Positions 9,407 to 17,440 of a stretch of 64,000 bases of DNA are shown in pieces. Source of the DNA: Magnetococcales bacterium (GTDB lineage Bacteria; Pseudomonadota; Magnetococcia; Magnetococcales; DC0425bin3); contig JADGBZ010000007.1 in the NCBI GenBank assembly GCA_015231175.1, forward strand, positions 1,846 to 65,845, read 5' to 3'. The notes beneath the pieces are model-generated. The model made no database searches, was not told where the DNA came from, and worked only from the letters and a program-made list of their open reading frames with translations. Position 1 is the first letter of the stretch; every line of letters begins with the position of its first letter. Made by a program: the position numbers and the translations under genes.

Positions 9407-9456
9407 CATTCCATCCTTGACTTGCGCTTCTTTTGTCCGAGAGGTGGCTGTTGTTC

Positions 9457-11103
9457 ATGTGTCGAACATTGATGAAAATAATCACAGGATTCATGGTTTT
9501 ATTCATGATGGTGGCGCCTGCCCTGGTTCAGGGACAAGAGCCTGATTCGGTTTATCTGAGAGGAAAGCATGTTCCTTTTGATCAGGCTTTGTTACAGGCG
9601 CATAGAGGAGATGCGGAAGCAAAATACAGTGTAGGTTGGTTTTATATAGATAAAAACGATAAAAAAAATGGTATATATTGGATCAGAAGTGCCGCCATGG
9701 CTGGTTATGTACCTGCCATGGAGGATCTGCCATTTCAGTTGTTGCATTCGATTTATCCCCGCCACGATACTCTTGTGGAGGTTGAATCTGTTGGATGGGC
9801 TCTGAAATCACTTAAGATTAACCCGGATTGCTGGGGTGCCATGGTGGTTATGGCTGGCTATTACCGTTTGGGGTGGGGATTTTCCAGCAACATCAAATTG
9901 GCGAAAGAGTGGGAAGATAAAGCGATACGACTGGGGGGTGCGAAAGCTGCCATTCATTTGGCGTTTTTTAATTGGCCAAAAAATGAGGTGGTATATGATC
10001 CCCATAGGACATTATATTTTCTGAAAAAAGCGTCGGAAGATAACGATTCGTTAGCTCAGGCGCTTCTTGGCCAGTATTATGCGGGCTCTGATTTATTTAA
10101 ATTTAATCCCATTCCACTCAATCCTGACCAATCCCGTTATTGGTTGGAAAAGGCGTTTCAAGCGGGTGAAGGAGGGGGAGCGTTTTGGTTGGGTAAGCTC
10201 TATTATCATGGGAGCGGGGGGTATCCCCGGGATCTGGTCGAGGCCAAGTCCTGGTTTGAGCGTATACCCCGTCTTTATGCAAGAGCAAAATTTCTCTTGG
10301 CAACGCTCTACTGGTCTGGCGTTCCCGGCGCCCCTCCCGATCAGGCAAAAGCCATGGCTTTGTTCCAGCAGGCGGCGGAAGAGAAGAGTGCGCGCGCTCA
10401 GTTTGCCATGGGGCAACTGCATCGTGGGGGATATCTGGGCGGCAAGCCTGATATGACCCAGGCTTATCTCTGGTATCGCAAGGCTGCCAGGAACGCATAT
10501 CCACCAGCAATGACCATGCAGGGTCTCATGAGCCTGAAGGGTGATGGTATTCTGGCCGATCCAAAAGGGGCTGTGTCGCTTTTGCAGGCAGCCGCTGCCG
10601 AAGGAGAGGAAAATGCCCTGTATTGGCTTGGCGTCATGTCCCAGGTTGGCTTGGGTGTTGACAAGAGTTTGTCCCGGGCGCGCACCTGGTTTTTGCGTGG
10701 CGCCGAGGCTGGGGAGGCGCGATCCATGGTCAAACTATCCCTCGACCTGTTTGCGGGCAAAGGGGGGGCGCAGGAGCTTCCTCTTGCCTACCATTGGGCC
10801 AAAAAGGCGGCGCAGAGTGGTTTGCCTCAGGGGCTCTGCTGGGCGGGAACCTTGTTGTATTTTGGTGTTGGCACGCCGCCCGATCCGGAGCAGGCCAGGG
10901 TTTGGTTGCGGCAAGGTTCGGCTGCCGGCATGGAGCCGTGTACGCGCGTTTTGACGGCAGCCTCCCCCAAAACGCCAGGAGACACCGGTATTCGGCCACC
11001 CCTGGTGGAGGCCGTGGCTGCGGATTTATCTAAGGCCATGGATGGGGAGATGGATCACCCCTATCTCCCCATATCGTCCCATTTGGAGGTGTTGCCAAAA
11101 TGA
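9457..11103 (+). CDS. secreted Sel1-like repeat (SLR/TPR-like) protein, paralogue 1
   Basis: ORF track 9433..11103 trimmed to ATG 9457 (GAGGTGG upstream), 548 aa. Signal peptide MKIITGFMVLFMMVAPALVQG. Multiple Sel1 units (A-x-W-x-x-KAA-x-x-G pattern, e.g. AYLWYRKAARNAYPPAM, ARTWFLRGAEAGEARSM). Confidence 0.85.
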   Translation: MCRTLMKIITGFMVLFMMVAPALVQGQEPDSVYLRGKHVPFDQALLQAHRGDAEAKYSVGWFYIDKNDKKNGIYWIRSAAMAGYVPAMEDLPFQLLHSIYPRHDTLVEVESVGWALKSLKINPDCWGAMVVMAGYYRLGWGFSSNIKLAKEWEDKAIRLGGAKAAIHLAFFNWPKNEVVYDPHRTLYFLKKASEDNDSLAQALLGQYYAGSDLFKFNPIPLNPDQSRYWLEKAFQAGEGGGAFWLGKLYYHGSGGYPRDLVEAKSWFERIPRLYARAKFLLATLYWSGVPGAPPDQAKAMALFQQAAEEKSARAQFAMGQLHRGGYLGGKPDMTQAYLWYRKAARNAYPPAMTMQGLMSLKGDGILADPKGAVSLLQAAAAEGEENALYWLGVMSQVGLGVDKSLSRARTWFLRGAEAGEARSMVKLSLDLFAGKGGAQELPLAYHWAKKAAQSGLPQGLCWAGTLLYFGVGTPPDPEQARVWLRQGSAAGMEPCTRVLTAASPKTPGDTGIRPPLVEAVAADLSKAMDGEMDHPYLPISSHLEVLPK

Positions 11104-11124
11104 CCCGAAAGGATGCAAACTTCG
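10107..11124 (+). repeat. 1018-bp segmental duplication, copy 1 (3' two-thirds of SLR gene 1 plus 21 nt past the stop)
   Basis: Aligns without gaps to 11791-12808 (offset 1684 nt). I count 3 mismatches by eye (10266, 11031, 11072). Confidence 0.9.
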
Positions 11125-11140
11125 AGGTGGGCTGTTGTTT

Positions 11141-12787
11141 ATGTATCGAACATTGATGAAAGTAATCACAGGATTTATGGTTTTGTTTATGATGGTGGCG
11201 CCCGCCTTGGTCCAGGGGAGAGAACCTGATTTTGTCATTCTTGGCGAGAAACATGTTCCTTTTGATCAGGCTTTATTGTTGGCGCACGGGGGAGATGTGG
11301 AGGCCCAATATCGTATTAGTCTTCTATATTCTACAAATAAAAACAATAACAAAATAAGTTTATATTGGATGAGAAGGGCTGCTATGGCTGGATATGTGCC
11401 TGCTATGGAATATCTTGTGTTTTATTTGTTCAGCACGATCTATCCCAATCATGATTTTCTCTTGGAGGTGGAGGTTATAGGTTGGGCACAGAAAACCCTG
11501 GCCGTGAAAGCGGATAGTTGGGAGATCATGATGGACATGGCAGTCTTTCATCATCATGGATGGGGTGTGTCAAGAAACGAAAGGTTGGCCAAAATGTGGG
11601 AAGAGTCGGCGTTACGGGTTGGCGGTGCTCAAGCTGCGTTCTTTCTGTCAACCTCCCATGCCCGGGATGGTGTCCTGGATCACGATCCTGATAAACTTCT
11701 GCATTTACTGACCTATGCGGCAGAAGGTAATTACCTTGTTGCACAGGTGTTTCTCGGAAAATATTTTGCAGGGAAGTTATTCAAGAAGGATCCCATTCCA
11801 CTCAATCCTGACCAATCCCGTTATTGGTTGGAAAAGGCGTTTCAAGCGGGTGAAGGAGGGGGAGCGTTTTGGTTGGGTAAGCTCTATTATCATGGGAGCG
11901 GGGGGTATCCCCGGGATCTGGTCGAGGCCAAGTCCTGGTTTGAGCGTATGCCCCGTCTTTATGCAAGAGCAAAATTTCTCTTGGCAACGCTCTACTGGTC
12001 TGGCGTTCCCGGCGCCCCTCCCGATCAGGCAAAAGCCATGGCTTTGTTCCAGCAGGCGGCGGAAGAGAAGAGTGCGCGCGCTCAGTTTGCCATGGGGCAA
12101 CTGCATCGTGGGGGATATCTGGGCGGCAAGCCTGATATGACCCAGGCTTATCTCTGGTATCGCAAGGCTGCCAGGAACGCATATCCACCAGCAATGACCA
12201 TGCAGGGTCTCATGAGCCTGAAGGGTGATGGTATTCTGGCCGATCCAAAAGGGGCTGTGTCGCTTTTGCAGGCAGCCGCTGCCGAAGGAGAGGAAAATGC
12301 CCTGTATTGGCTTGGCGTCATGTCCCAGGTTGGCTTGGGTGTTGACAAGAGTTTGTCCCGGGCGCGCACCTGGTTTTTGCGTGGCGCCGAGGCTGGGGAG
12401 GCGCGATCCATGGTCAAACTATCCCTCGACCTGTTTGCGGGCAAAGGGGGGGCGCAGGAGCTTCCTCTTGCCTACCATTGGGCCAAAAAGGCGGCGCAGA
12501 GTGGTTTGCCTCAGGGGCTCTGCTGGGCGGGAACCTTGTTGTATTTTGGTGTTGGCACGCCGCCCGATCCGGAGCAGGCCAGGGTTTGGTTGCGGCAAGG
12601 TTCGGCTGCCGGCATGGAGCCGTGTACGCGCGTTTTGACGGCAGCCTCCCCCAAAACGCCAGGAGACACCGGTATTCGGCCACCCCTGGTGGAGGCCGTG
12701 GCTGCGGATTTATCCAAGGCCATGGATGGGGAGATGGATCACCCCTATCTCCCCACATCGTCCCATTTGGAGGTGTTGCCAAAATGA
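11141..12787 (+). CDS. secreted Sel1-like repeat (SLR/TPR-like) protein, paralogue 2
   Basis: ORF track 11042..12787 trimmed to ATG 11141 (GAGGTGG upstream), also 548 aa. Signal peptide MKVITGFMVLFMMVAPALVQG. C-terminal 331 aa differ from paralogue 1 at 2 residues. Confidence 0.85.
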   Translation: MYRTLMKVITGFMVLFMMVAPALVQGREPDFVILGEKHVPFDQALLLAHGGDVEAQYRISLLYSTNKNNNKISLYWMRRAAMAGYVPAMEYLVFYLFSTIYPNHDFLLEVEVIGWAQKTLAVKADSWEIMMDMAVFHHHGWGVSRNERLAKMWEESALRVGGAQAAFFLSTSHARDGVLDHDPDKLLHLLTYAAEGNYLVAQVFLGKYFAGKLFKKDPIPLNPDQSRYWLEKAFQAGEGGGAFWLGKLYYHGSGGYPRDLVEAKSWFERMPRLYARAKFLLATLYWSGVPGAPPDQAKAMALFQQAAEEKSARAQFAMGQLHRGGYLGGKPDMTQAYLWYRKAARNAYPPAMTMQGLMSLKGDGILADPKGAVSLLQAAAAEGEENALYWLGVMSQVGLGVDKSLSRARTWFLRGAEAGEARSMVKLSLDLFAGKGGAQELPLAYHWAKKAAQSGLPQGLCWAGTLLYFGVGTPPDPEQARVWLRQGSAAGMEPCTRVLTAASPKTPGDTGIRPPLVEAVAADLSKAMDGEMDHPYLPTSSHLEVLPK

Positions 12788-12808
12788 CCCGAAAGGATGC
12801 AAACTTCG
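11791..12808 (+). repeat. 1018-bp segmental duplication, copy 2
   Basis: See copy 1 (10107-11124). Confidence 0.9.
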
Positions 12809-12887
12809 GTGATGAATGGTTACATCAAAATGGCCATGCAGGTCAAAGGCGGGCACCACCAGACAACCTGCCTGGCCCGGGAAAACG

Positions 12888-13871
12888 TCACTTTACCATG
12901 CGCAACCGCTCCAACAGGCGTTGCAGGCCCGCATCCAGGGGGGCTTCCACTGTGATGGGTTGGCCGGTGCGAGGATGGGTCAGGGAGATGCGGGAAGAGT
13001 GCAAAAACATGCGCTTCAACCCTGTCGAGCGCATGTGCCGGTTGAACTCCCGCTCGCCATACTTGGGATCTCCGGCGATGGGATGGCCCAGCAACTGGAA
13101 ATGGACACGCAACTGATGAGTCCGTCCGGTATTGGGCTTGGCTTCTACCAGGGAGGCCACACCATAATTGGCCAATGTACGGTACCAGGTATGAGCCGGT
13201 TTGCCGTCGGCGCCTCCGGCCACCATCCGCTCTCCCGAACGCACCATGCCCCGTACCAGGGGAATGGCAATTTCTCCCTCGCGGGGTGAGGGGGTTCCCC
13301 GTACCAGCAGCAGATAGCGTTTATCCACCTCGCCATCGCGAAAAACCCGGGCCATCTCCCGCACTGTGCAGGCATCCAGGCCAAAGACCAGGCACCCTGA
13401 TGTGTCCTTGTCGAGACGATGGCAAAGCTCTGGCATGACATCGTGGCGCATCTCCATCATGCGCCGCACCCCATCCACCAGACCATATGGTTGTCCACTT
13501 CCCCCATGGACGGGAATTCCCTCCGGCTTGTCCAGCACCAGCAAATGGTCGTCCCGATAACAAATGCGTTCCGCCAGGGTGGCCGACCAGCCATCGCCAG
13601 GTTTGCTGCGTTCGCCAACCCCTTCTGGATCATCGACCGCAGCTCGCACCGGCGGAATACGAATTTTTTGCCCCAGGAGCAACCGTTCACCCCCCTTGGC
13701 CCGTTTCCCGTCGACACGCACCTGGCCTGTTCGCAACAGGCGCTGCCAGGCCGACATGGGTAACGCCGGAACTTCCCTTTGCAGGAGTCGATCCAACCGC
13801 ATGCCCACATCGTCCGCCCCCACCACCCGGTGGCGAACCGGGAAACGTATCAGGCCATCGAGATCAGTCAA
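12888..13871 (-). CDS. rluC: 23S rRNA pseudouridine synthase, RluA family (RluC-like)
   Basis: 327 aa. N-terminal S4-like region, catalytic motif HRLDKDTSGCLVF. Divergent from rne, as in E. coli. Confidence 0.8.
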   Translation of the reverse strand: MTDLDGLIRFPVRHRVVGADDVGMRLDRLLQREVPALPMSAWQRLLRTGQVRVDGKRAKGGERLLLGQKIRIPPVRAAVDDPEGVGERSKPGDGWSATLAERICYRDDHLLVLDKPEGIPVHGGSGQPYGLVDGVRRMMEMRHDVMPELCHRLDKDTSGCLVFGLDACTVREMARVFRDGEVDKRYLLLVRGTPSPREGEIAIPLVRGMVRSGERMVAGGADGKPAHTWYRTLANYGVASLVEAKPNTGRTHQLRVHFQLLGHPIAGDPKYGEREFNRHMRSTGLKRMFLHSSRISLTHPRTGQPITVEAPLDAGLQRLLERLRMVK

Positions 13872-14102
13872 ATTTGCTTCCTTGGCAAAAAGGTCGTAAG
13901 ATGGGCGCCGTCGTGAGAAGTGACCGGGGGACCGGTGGTCTCTGGGACCGAAGGCGCCGGGCGTTTGAAATTTTGTCGGACATTTTTTTAGTCATGGGAA
14001 TCAATAACATGCATTTTTGTCTCACCGTCCTGGAGAACCCATGGTATCTCAAGTGGGCGGCGGAGACGCCAAGCAGATTGCACTCGGGAGCAGAATACTT
14101 CA
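13872..14102 (+). promoter_or_regulatory. divergent rluC/rne promoter region and probable rne 5' leader
   Basis: 231-nt non-coding spacer upstream of rne. In enterobacteria rne carries a long autoregulatory 5' UTR. No specific motif verified here. Confidence 0.3.
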
Positions 14103-16475
14103 ATGAACAAGCGCATGCTGGTGGATGCAACCCACCCGGAAGAGATCCGTGTGGGCATCGTCCAGGATCAGCGACTCATCGACCTGGATATCGAAACCTC
14201 AACCAAGGAACAAATCAAGGGGAACATCTACCTGGGGCGGGTGACCCGTGTGGAACCCGCCCTCCAGGCCGCCTTTGTCGATTTCAACGGCGGACGTCAG
14301 GGATTTCTCTCCGTCAACGACATTCATCCGAAATATTATCCGCCTCCGGAAGGCAAGGAAAAATCGAACAAGGAAAAGGAAATCGATCCGGCGGAGTCCG
14401 CCGAAGAGGGTGACGAGCCCGAAAATGGTGAAGAGACCGACGAAGATGTGCCCGTTCGTGTACGACGGGCTGCCAATCGTCGCCGTATCCTGCCTATCCA
14501 AAAAATTCTCACCCGAGGTCAATCCCTGTTGCTTCAGGTGGTCAAGGAGGCGCGTGGCAACAAAGGTGCCTCCCTCACGACCAATCTCTCTCTTGCCGGT
14601 CGTTACACGGTCCTGTTGCCGGACAACTCCGGGGGAGGTGGGGGCATCTCCCGCAAGATTGTCGACCCGCAGGAGAGGAAACACCTCAAGGAGTTGATGG
14701 GCAGCCTGGAAATTCCCTCCGATGTCAGCCTGATCATCCGTACAGCGGGATTGGGTCGCACCAAACGGGAAATCACCCGGGACATGAATTATCTGCTCCG
14801 GCTCTGGAAACGCATCCAGGAGAAATCCGCCCAAACCAAACCCCCCTGCGTCATCCACGAGGAGGGGGATCTGATTCTACGCACCATCCGTGATCTCTAT
14901 ACCACCGACATGACCGAAATTTTGATCCACGGTCAGGAGGCCTATCGTCGCGGCAAAGACTTCATGCGTCTGCTCATGCCCCGCTATGTCAAGGTGGTGC
15001 AACCCTATCGGGAAAATAAGCCCATTTTTGCCCAATTCCAGGTGGAAAATCAGATCGAGATGATGCACGAGCGCGTCATCCCCCTGAAGGCCGGAGGCTA
15101 CCTGGTCATCGAATCGACCGAAGCCCTGGTCTCCATCGACATCAACTCTGGGCGGGCCACCCGCGAAAAGGATGTTGAGTCGACCGCCTTCAAAACCAAT
15201 CTTCAAGCCGCCGATGAAATTGCCCGCCAGCTTCGTCTGCGCGACCTGGGTGGATTGATCGTCATCGATTTCATTGATATGGAGGATAAAAAGCACAACA
15301 CGGAGGTCGAGAAGCGCATCAAGGATGCCTTCAAACTGGATCGGGCCAAAAGCCAGATCGGGCGGATTTCCCAGTTCGGTTTGCTGGAACTCTCCCGCCA
15401 GCGCTTGAAACCGGCCTTCAGTGAATCAAACCGGACTCCGTGTCCACGTTGCCAGGGTTTGGGCACCATCCGTTCCGTCGAATCCATGGCCATCCATGTG
15501 ATGCGCATGATCGTGGAAGAGGCTGCCACCAACCGCTACGCCAAGCTGACCTATAACGTCCCTCCGGATGTTGCCAACTATCTGTTCAACCACAAACGGG
15601 CCCAGATCACCTCCCTGGAAGAGGCCCACCATCTCGCCATTGTCATCCTTTCAGATCAGAATCTGCAAACCCCCAATTTTCGCCGGGAAGTGGTCGAACG
15701 CCAAGGGGGAGAACTTGATAACCTGCCACCGTCTGTAAAGGAAAAGGATGTCAAACCGGATGACGAGGACGACATCCTCCAGGATGACGATGACGATGAC
15801 GATGACGATTTCGACGATGACGACGATGATGATGAAAGGCCTGAAGGTCGCCATACCCAACGTGGTGGTGCCAGCGCCGCTGAAACCGATCCGGGCGAAT
15901 CACGACCAGAGGAAGCCACACTCTCCGGGTCCAGGCAGGGGGAAAAGAATGGTGACAGAAAAAAACGTCGCCGTCGCAGGCGCCGCAAGACCTCCCCTGT
16001 AATGCACGATCCCTCTTCCTCCGCTTCGACCTCCGATGTGGTGGAGGGTTCCTCGCTGGCAAACGCGCCCCCCCCCGAGGGCGCGGAAGAGATGGGTGTT
16101 CCAGGTCTCTACCGTTTGACCCAGGAGGGTGCTGCAACAAAGCCCAATGACATCTCCCAGGATTCTCCGACCGACGATGGTGTCTCCTCCGCACCACAGA
16201 AACCACGGCGCCGCCGGCGCCGGCGTCGTTCCCCTCCACGCAGTCTCGGAGAGAAACTGTTTCCGCCACGCCACGGGGCGGATGAGACCCCAGACGATGA
16301 TGTTATCGATGACCGTGACGGCGATCATGATCATCAGAGCCGGATGTCCGAACCGCCTGAGCTGCGCCCGAACAGTATGGATGCAGAGCCAAACCCAGCC
16401 TCTGACTCGGCATCTGCGCGTATGAACCAGGAAGATGCGCCCCCCTCGTCCTCTCCCAGTCAGGAGAATAAGTGA
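14103..16475 (+). CDS. rne: ribonuclease E
   Basis: 790 aa. N-terminal catalytic half typical of RNase E/G (MLVDATHPEEIRVGIV, GNIYLGRVTRVEPALQAAFVDFNGGRQGFLS, IVIDFIDM). C-terminal low-complexity scaffold with Asp-rich and Arg-rich tracts. Confidence 0.95.
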   Translation: MNKRMLVDATHPEEIRVGIVQDQRLIDLDIETSTKEQIKGNIYLGRVTRVEPALQAAFVDFNGGRQGFLSVNDIHPKYYPPPEGKEKSNKEKEIDPAESAEEGDEPENGEETDEDVPVRVRRAANRRRILPIQKILTRGQSLLLQVVKEARGNKGASLTTNLSLAGRYTVLLPDNSGGGGGISRKIVDPQERKHLKELMGSLEIPSDVSLIIRTAGLGRTKREITRDMNYLLRLWKRIQEKSAQTKPPCVIHEEGDLILRTIRDLYTTDMTEILIHGQEAYRRGKDFMRLLMPRYVKVVQPYRENKPIFAQFQVENQIEMMHERVIPLKAGGYLVIESTEALVSIDINSGRATREKDVESTAFKTNLQAADEIARQLRLRDLGGLIVIDFIDMEDKKHNTEVEKRIKDAFKLDRAKSQIGRISQFGLLELSRQRLKPAFSESNRTPCPRCQGLGTIRSVESMAIHVMRMIVEEAATNRYAKLTYNVPPDVANYLFNHKRAQITSLEEAHHLAIVILSDQNLQTPNFRREVVERQGGELDNLPPSVKEKDVKPDDEDDILQDDDDDDDDDFDDDDDDDERPEGRHTQRGGASAAETDPGESRPEEATLSGSRQGEKNGDRKKRRRRRRRKTSPVMHDPSSSASTSDVVEGSSLANAPPPEGAEEMGVPGLYRLTQEGAATKPNDISQDSPTDDGVSSAPQKPRRRRRRRRSPPRSLGEKLFPPRHGADETPDDDVIDDRDGDHDHQSRMSEPPELRPNSMDAEPNPASDSASARMNQEDAPPSSSPSQENK

Positions 16476-16516
16476 ACCCAATTCGTCACTATTCAGTACC
16501 CTTTTAAGAAAAGCCT

Positions 16517-16604
16517 GGATATGAAAGTTTTTGTCAGGGCTTTGCCCCGAACCGTGCCAGGACTCCGTCCTGGATCTGTCCGGTCGCCAACCCCCTGGAT
16601 CCCG
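16517..16604 (-). repeat. REP-like ~90-bp element, copy 2 (inverted, diverged core)
   Basis: The reverse complement shares both termini with copies 1 and 3. The core differs but still forms a hairpin (CCAGGA-CGGAG-TCCTGG). Lies between the rne stop and the cheC-like start. Confidence 0.65.
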
Positions 16605-16732
16605 ATTCGTTACCGGGTGGTGAATGGTGACCCAAATTCTGACAACGGACGGCCATGGTTCGTGGGCAGGGTGTGTCTGTTGTGGCCCGGCCCCATGGGT
16701 CGTGCTGGGCCGTCTGCACAGTACGGGGTGTT

Positions 16733-17392
16733 ATGACCATGGAATTGACCGAGTTGGAACAAGATGCCCTGAAAGAGTTTTTGAACATCGGGCTCGGTAT
16801 GGCAGCCGACTCCCTGAGCCAAATGGTTCATAACGAGATCCTCCTCTCCCTGCCGCAGCTGTCCGTGGTCTCCAAGGAGAGTGCCATCCAGCTGATTGAA
16901 CATCGCAGGGGGGATCGCCTGGTCGCTATTCGACAAAGTTTTTACGGGGAGTTGTCCGGTACGGCACTGCTGGTCTTTCCGGGAGCAAGAAGTCTGGAGT
17001 TGGTTCGTACCCTCCTGGGTGAAAATACTCCGTTGGAGTCCTTGACCGTTTTGGAACAGGAAACGCTCCTCGATATTGGCAATGTGATTCTTAACTCATT
17101 TTTGTCCAGCTTTACCCAAATGATCAATCTGGATTTTGAATTTGATCCTGCTGAACTGATCCATGCCGAGTGTGATGCTCTTCTCGATCTTTCGACGCAC
17201 AAAACGGTTTCTGGTGAGGTGAGAGGGAAGGATATCCAGGATGAACAGGTCTTTTTCTTGATGATGGATTTTAAAACTCATGAGGAGGAGGCAGTTAAAA
17301 ATTCCCTGCATGGCTATATTGCCATGCTTTTTACACAAAAAGATATGGAGAGATTAAAAAAAGAGTTGGAGAGGATCCTTTCTCAATATTGA
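16733..17392 (+). CDS. CheC-like CheY-P phosphatase family protein
   Basis: ORF track 16655..17392 trimmed to ATG 16733 (219 aa). First CheC active-site motif is intact (DALKEFLN followed by 22 residues then P). The second is degenerate (ETLLDIGN, x21, P). Confidence 0.75.
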   Translation: MTMELTELEQDALKEFLNIGLGMAADSLSQMVHNEILLSLPQLSVVSKESAIQLIEHRRGDRLVAIRQSFYGELSGTALLVFPGARSLELVRTLLGENTPLESLTVLEQETLLDIGNVILNSFLSSFTQMINLDFEFDPAELIHAECDALLDLSTHKTVSGEVRGKDIQDEQVFFLMMDFKTHEEEAVKNSLHGYIAMLFTQKDMERLKKELERILSQY

Positions 17393-17440
17393 TCTTCCGT
17401 GAATTTTGAACGCATGTGCTGACAACACAAGAACTGTGCC

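Noticed and set aside
11042-11140. 33-codon N-terminal extension of the second SLR gene, overlapping the end of the first
   Set aside because: ATG 11141 is preceded by the same GAGGTGG SD as paralogue 1 and yields an identical length (548 aa) and signal peptide. The extension lies in the duplicated 3' segment of gene 1.
16521-16736. Short ORFs starting inside the REP-like elements, such as MKVFVRALPRTVPG (ORF 16521-16736), MKAFIRASPRTPPG (ORF 27895-28116, minus strand) and an unlisted MEAFVRASPRAPPG starting at 3960 (minus strand)
   Set aside because: Only the ~28 codons inside the repeat are similar and the downstream parts are unrelated. No SD is present. The diverged copy keeps base-pairing rather than peptide sequence, so a structured non-coding element is the better explanation.
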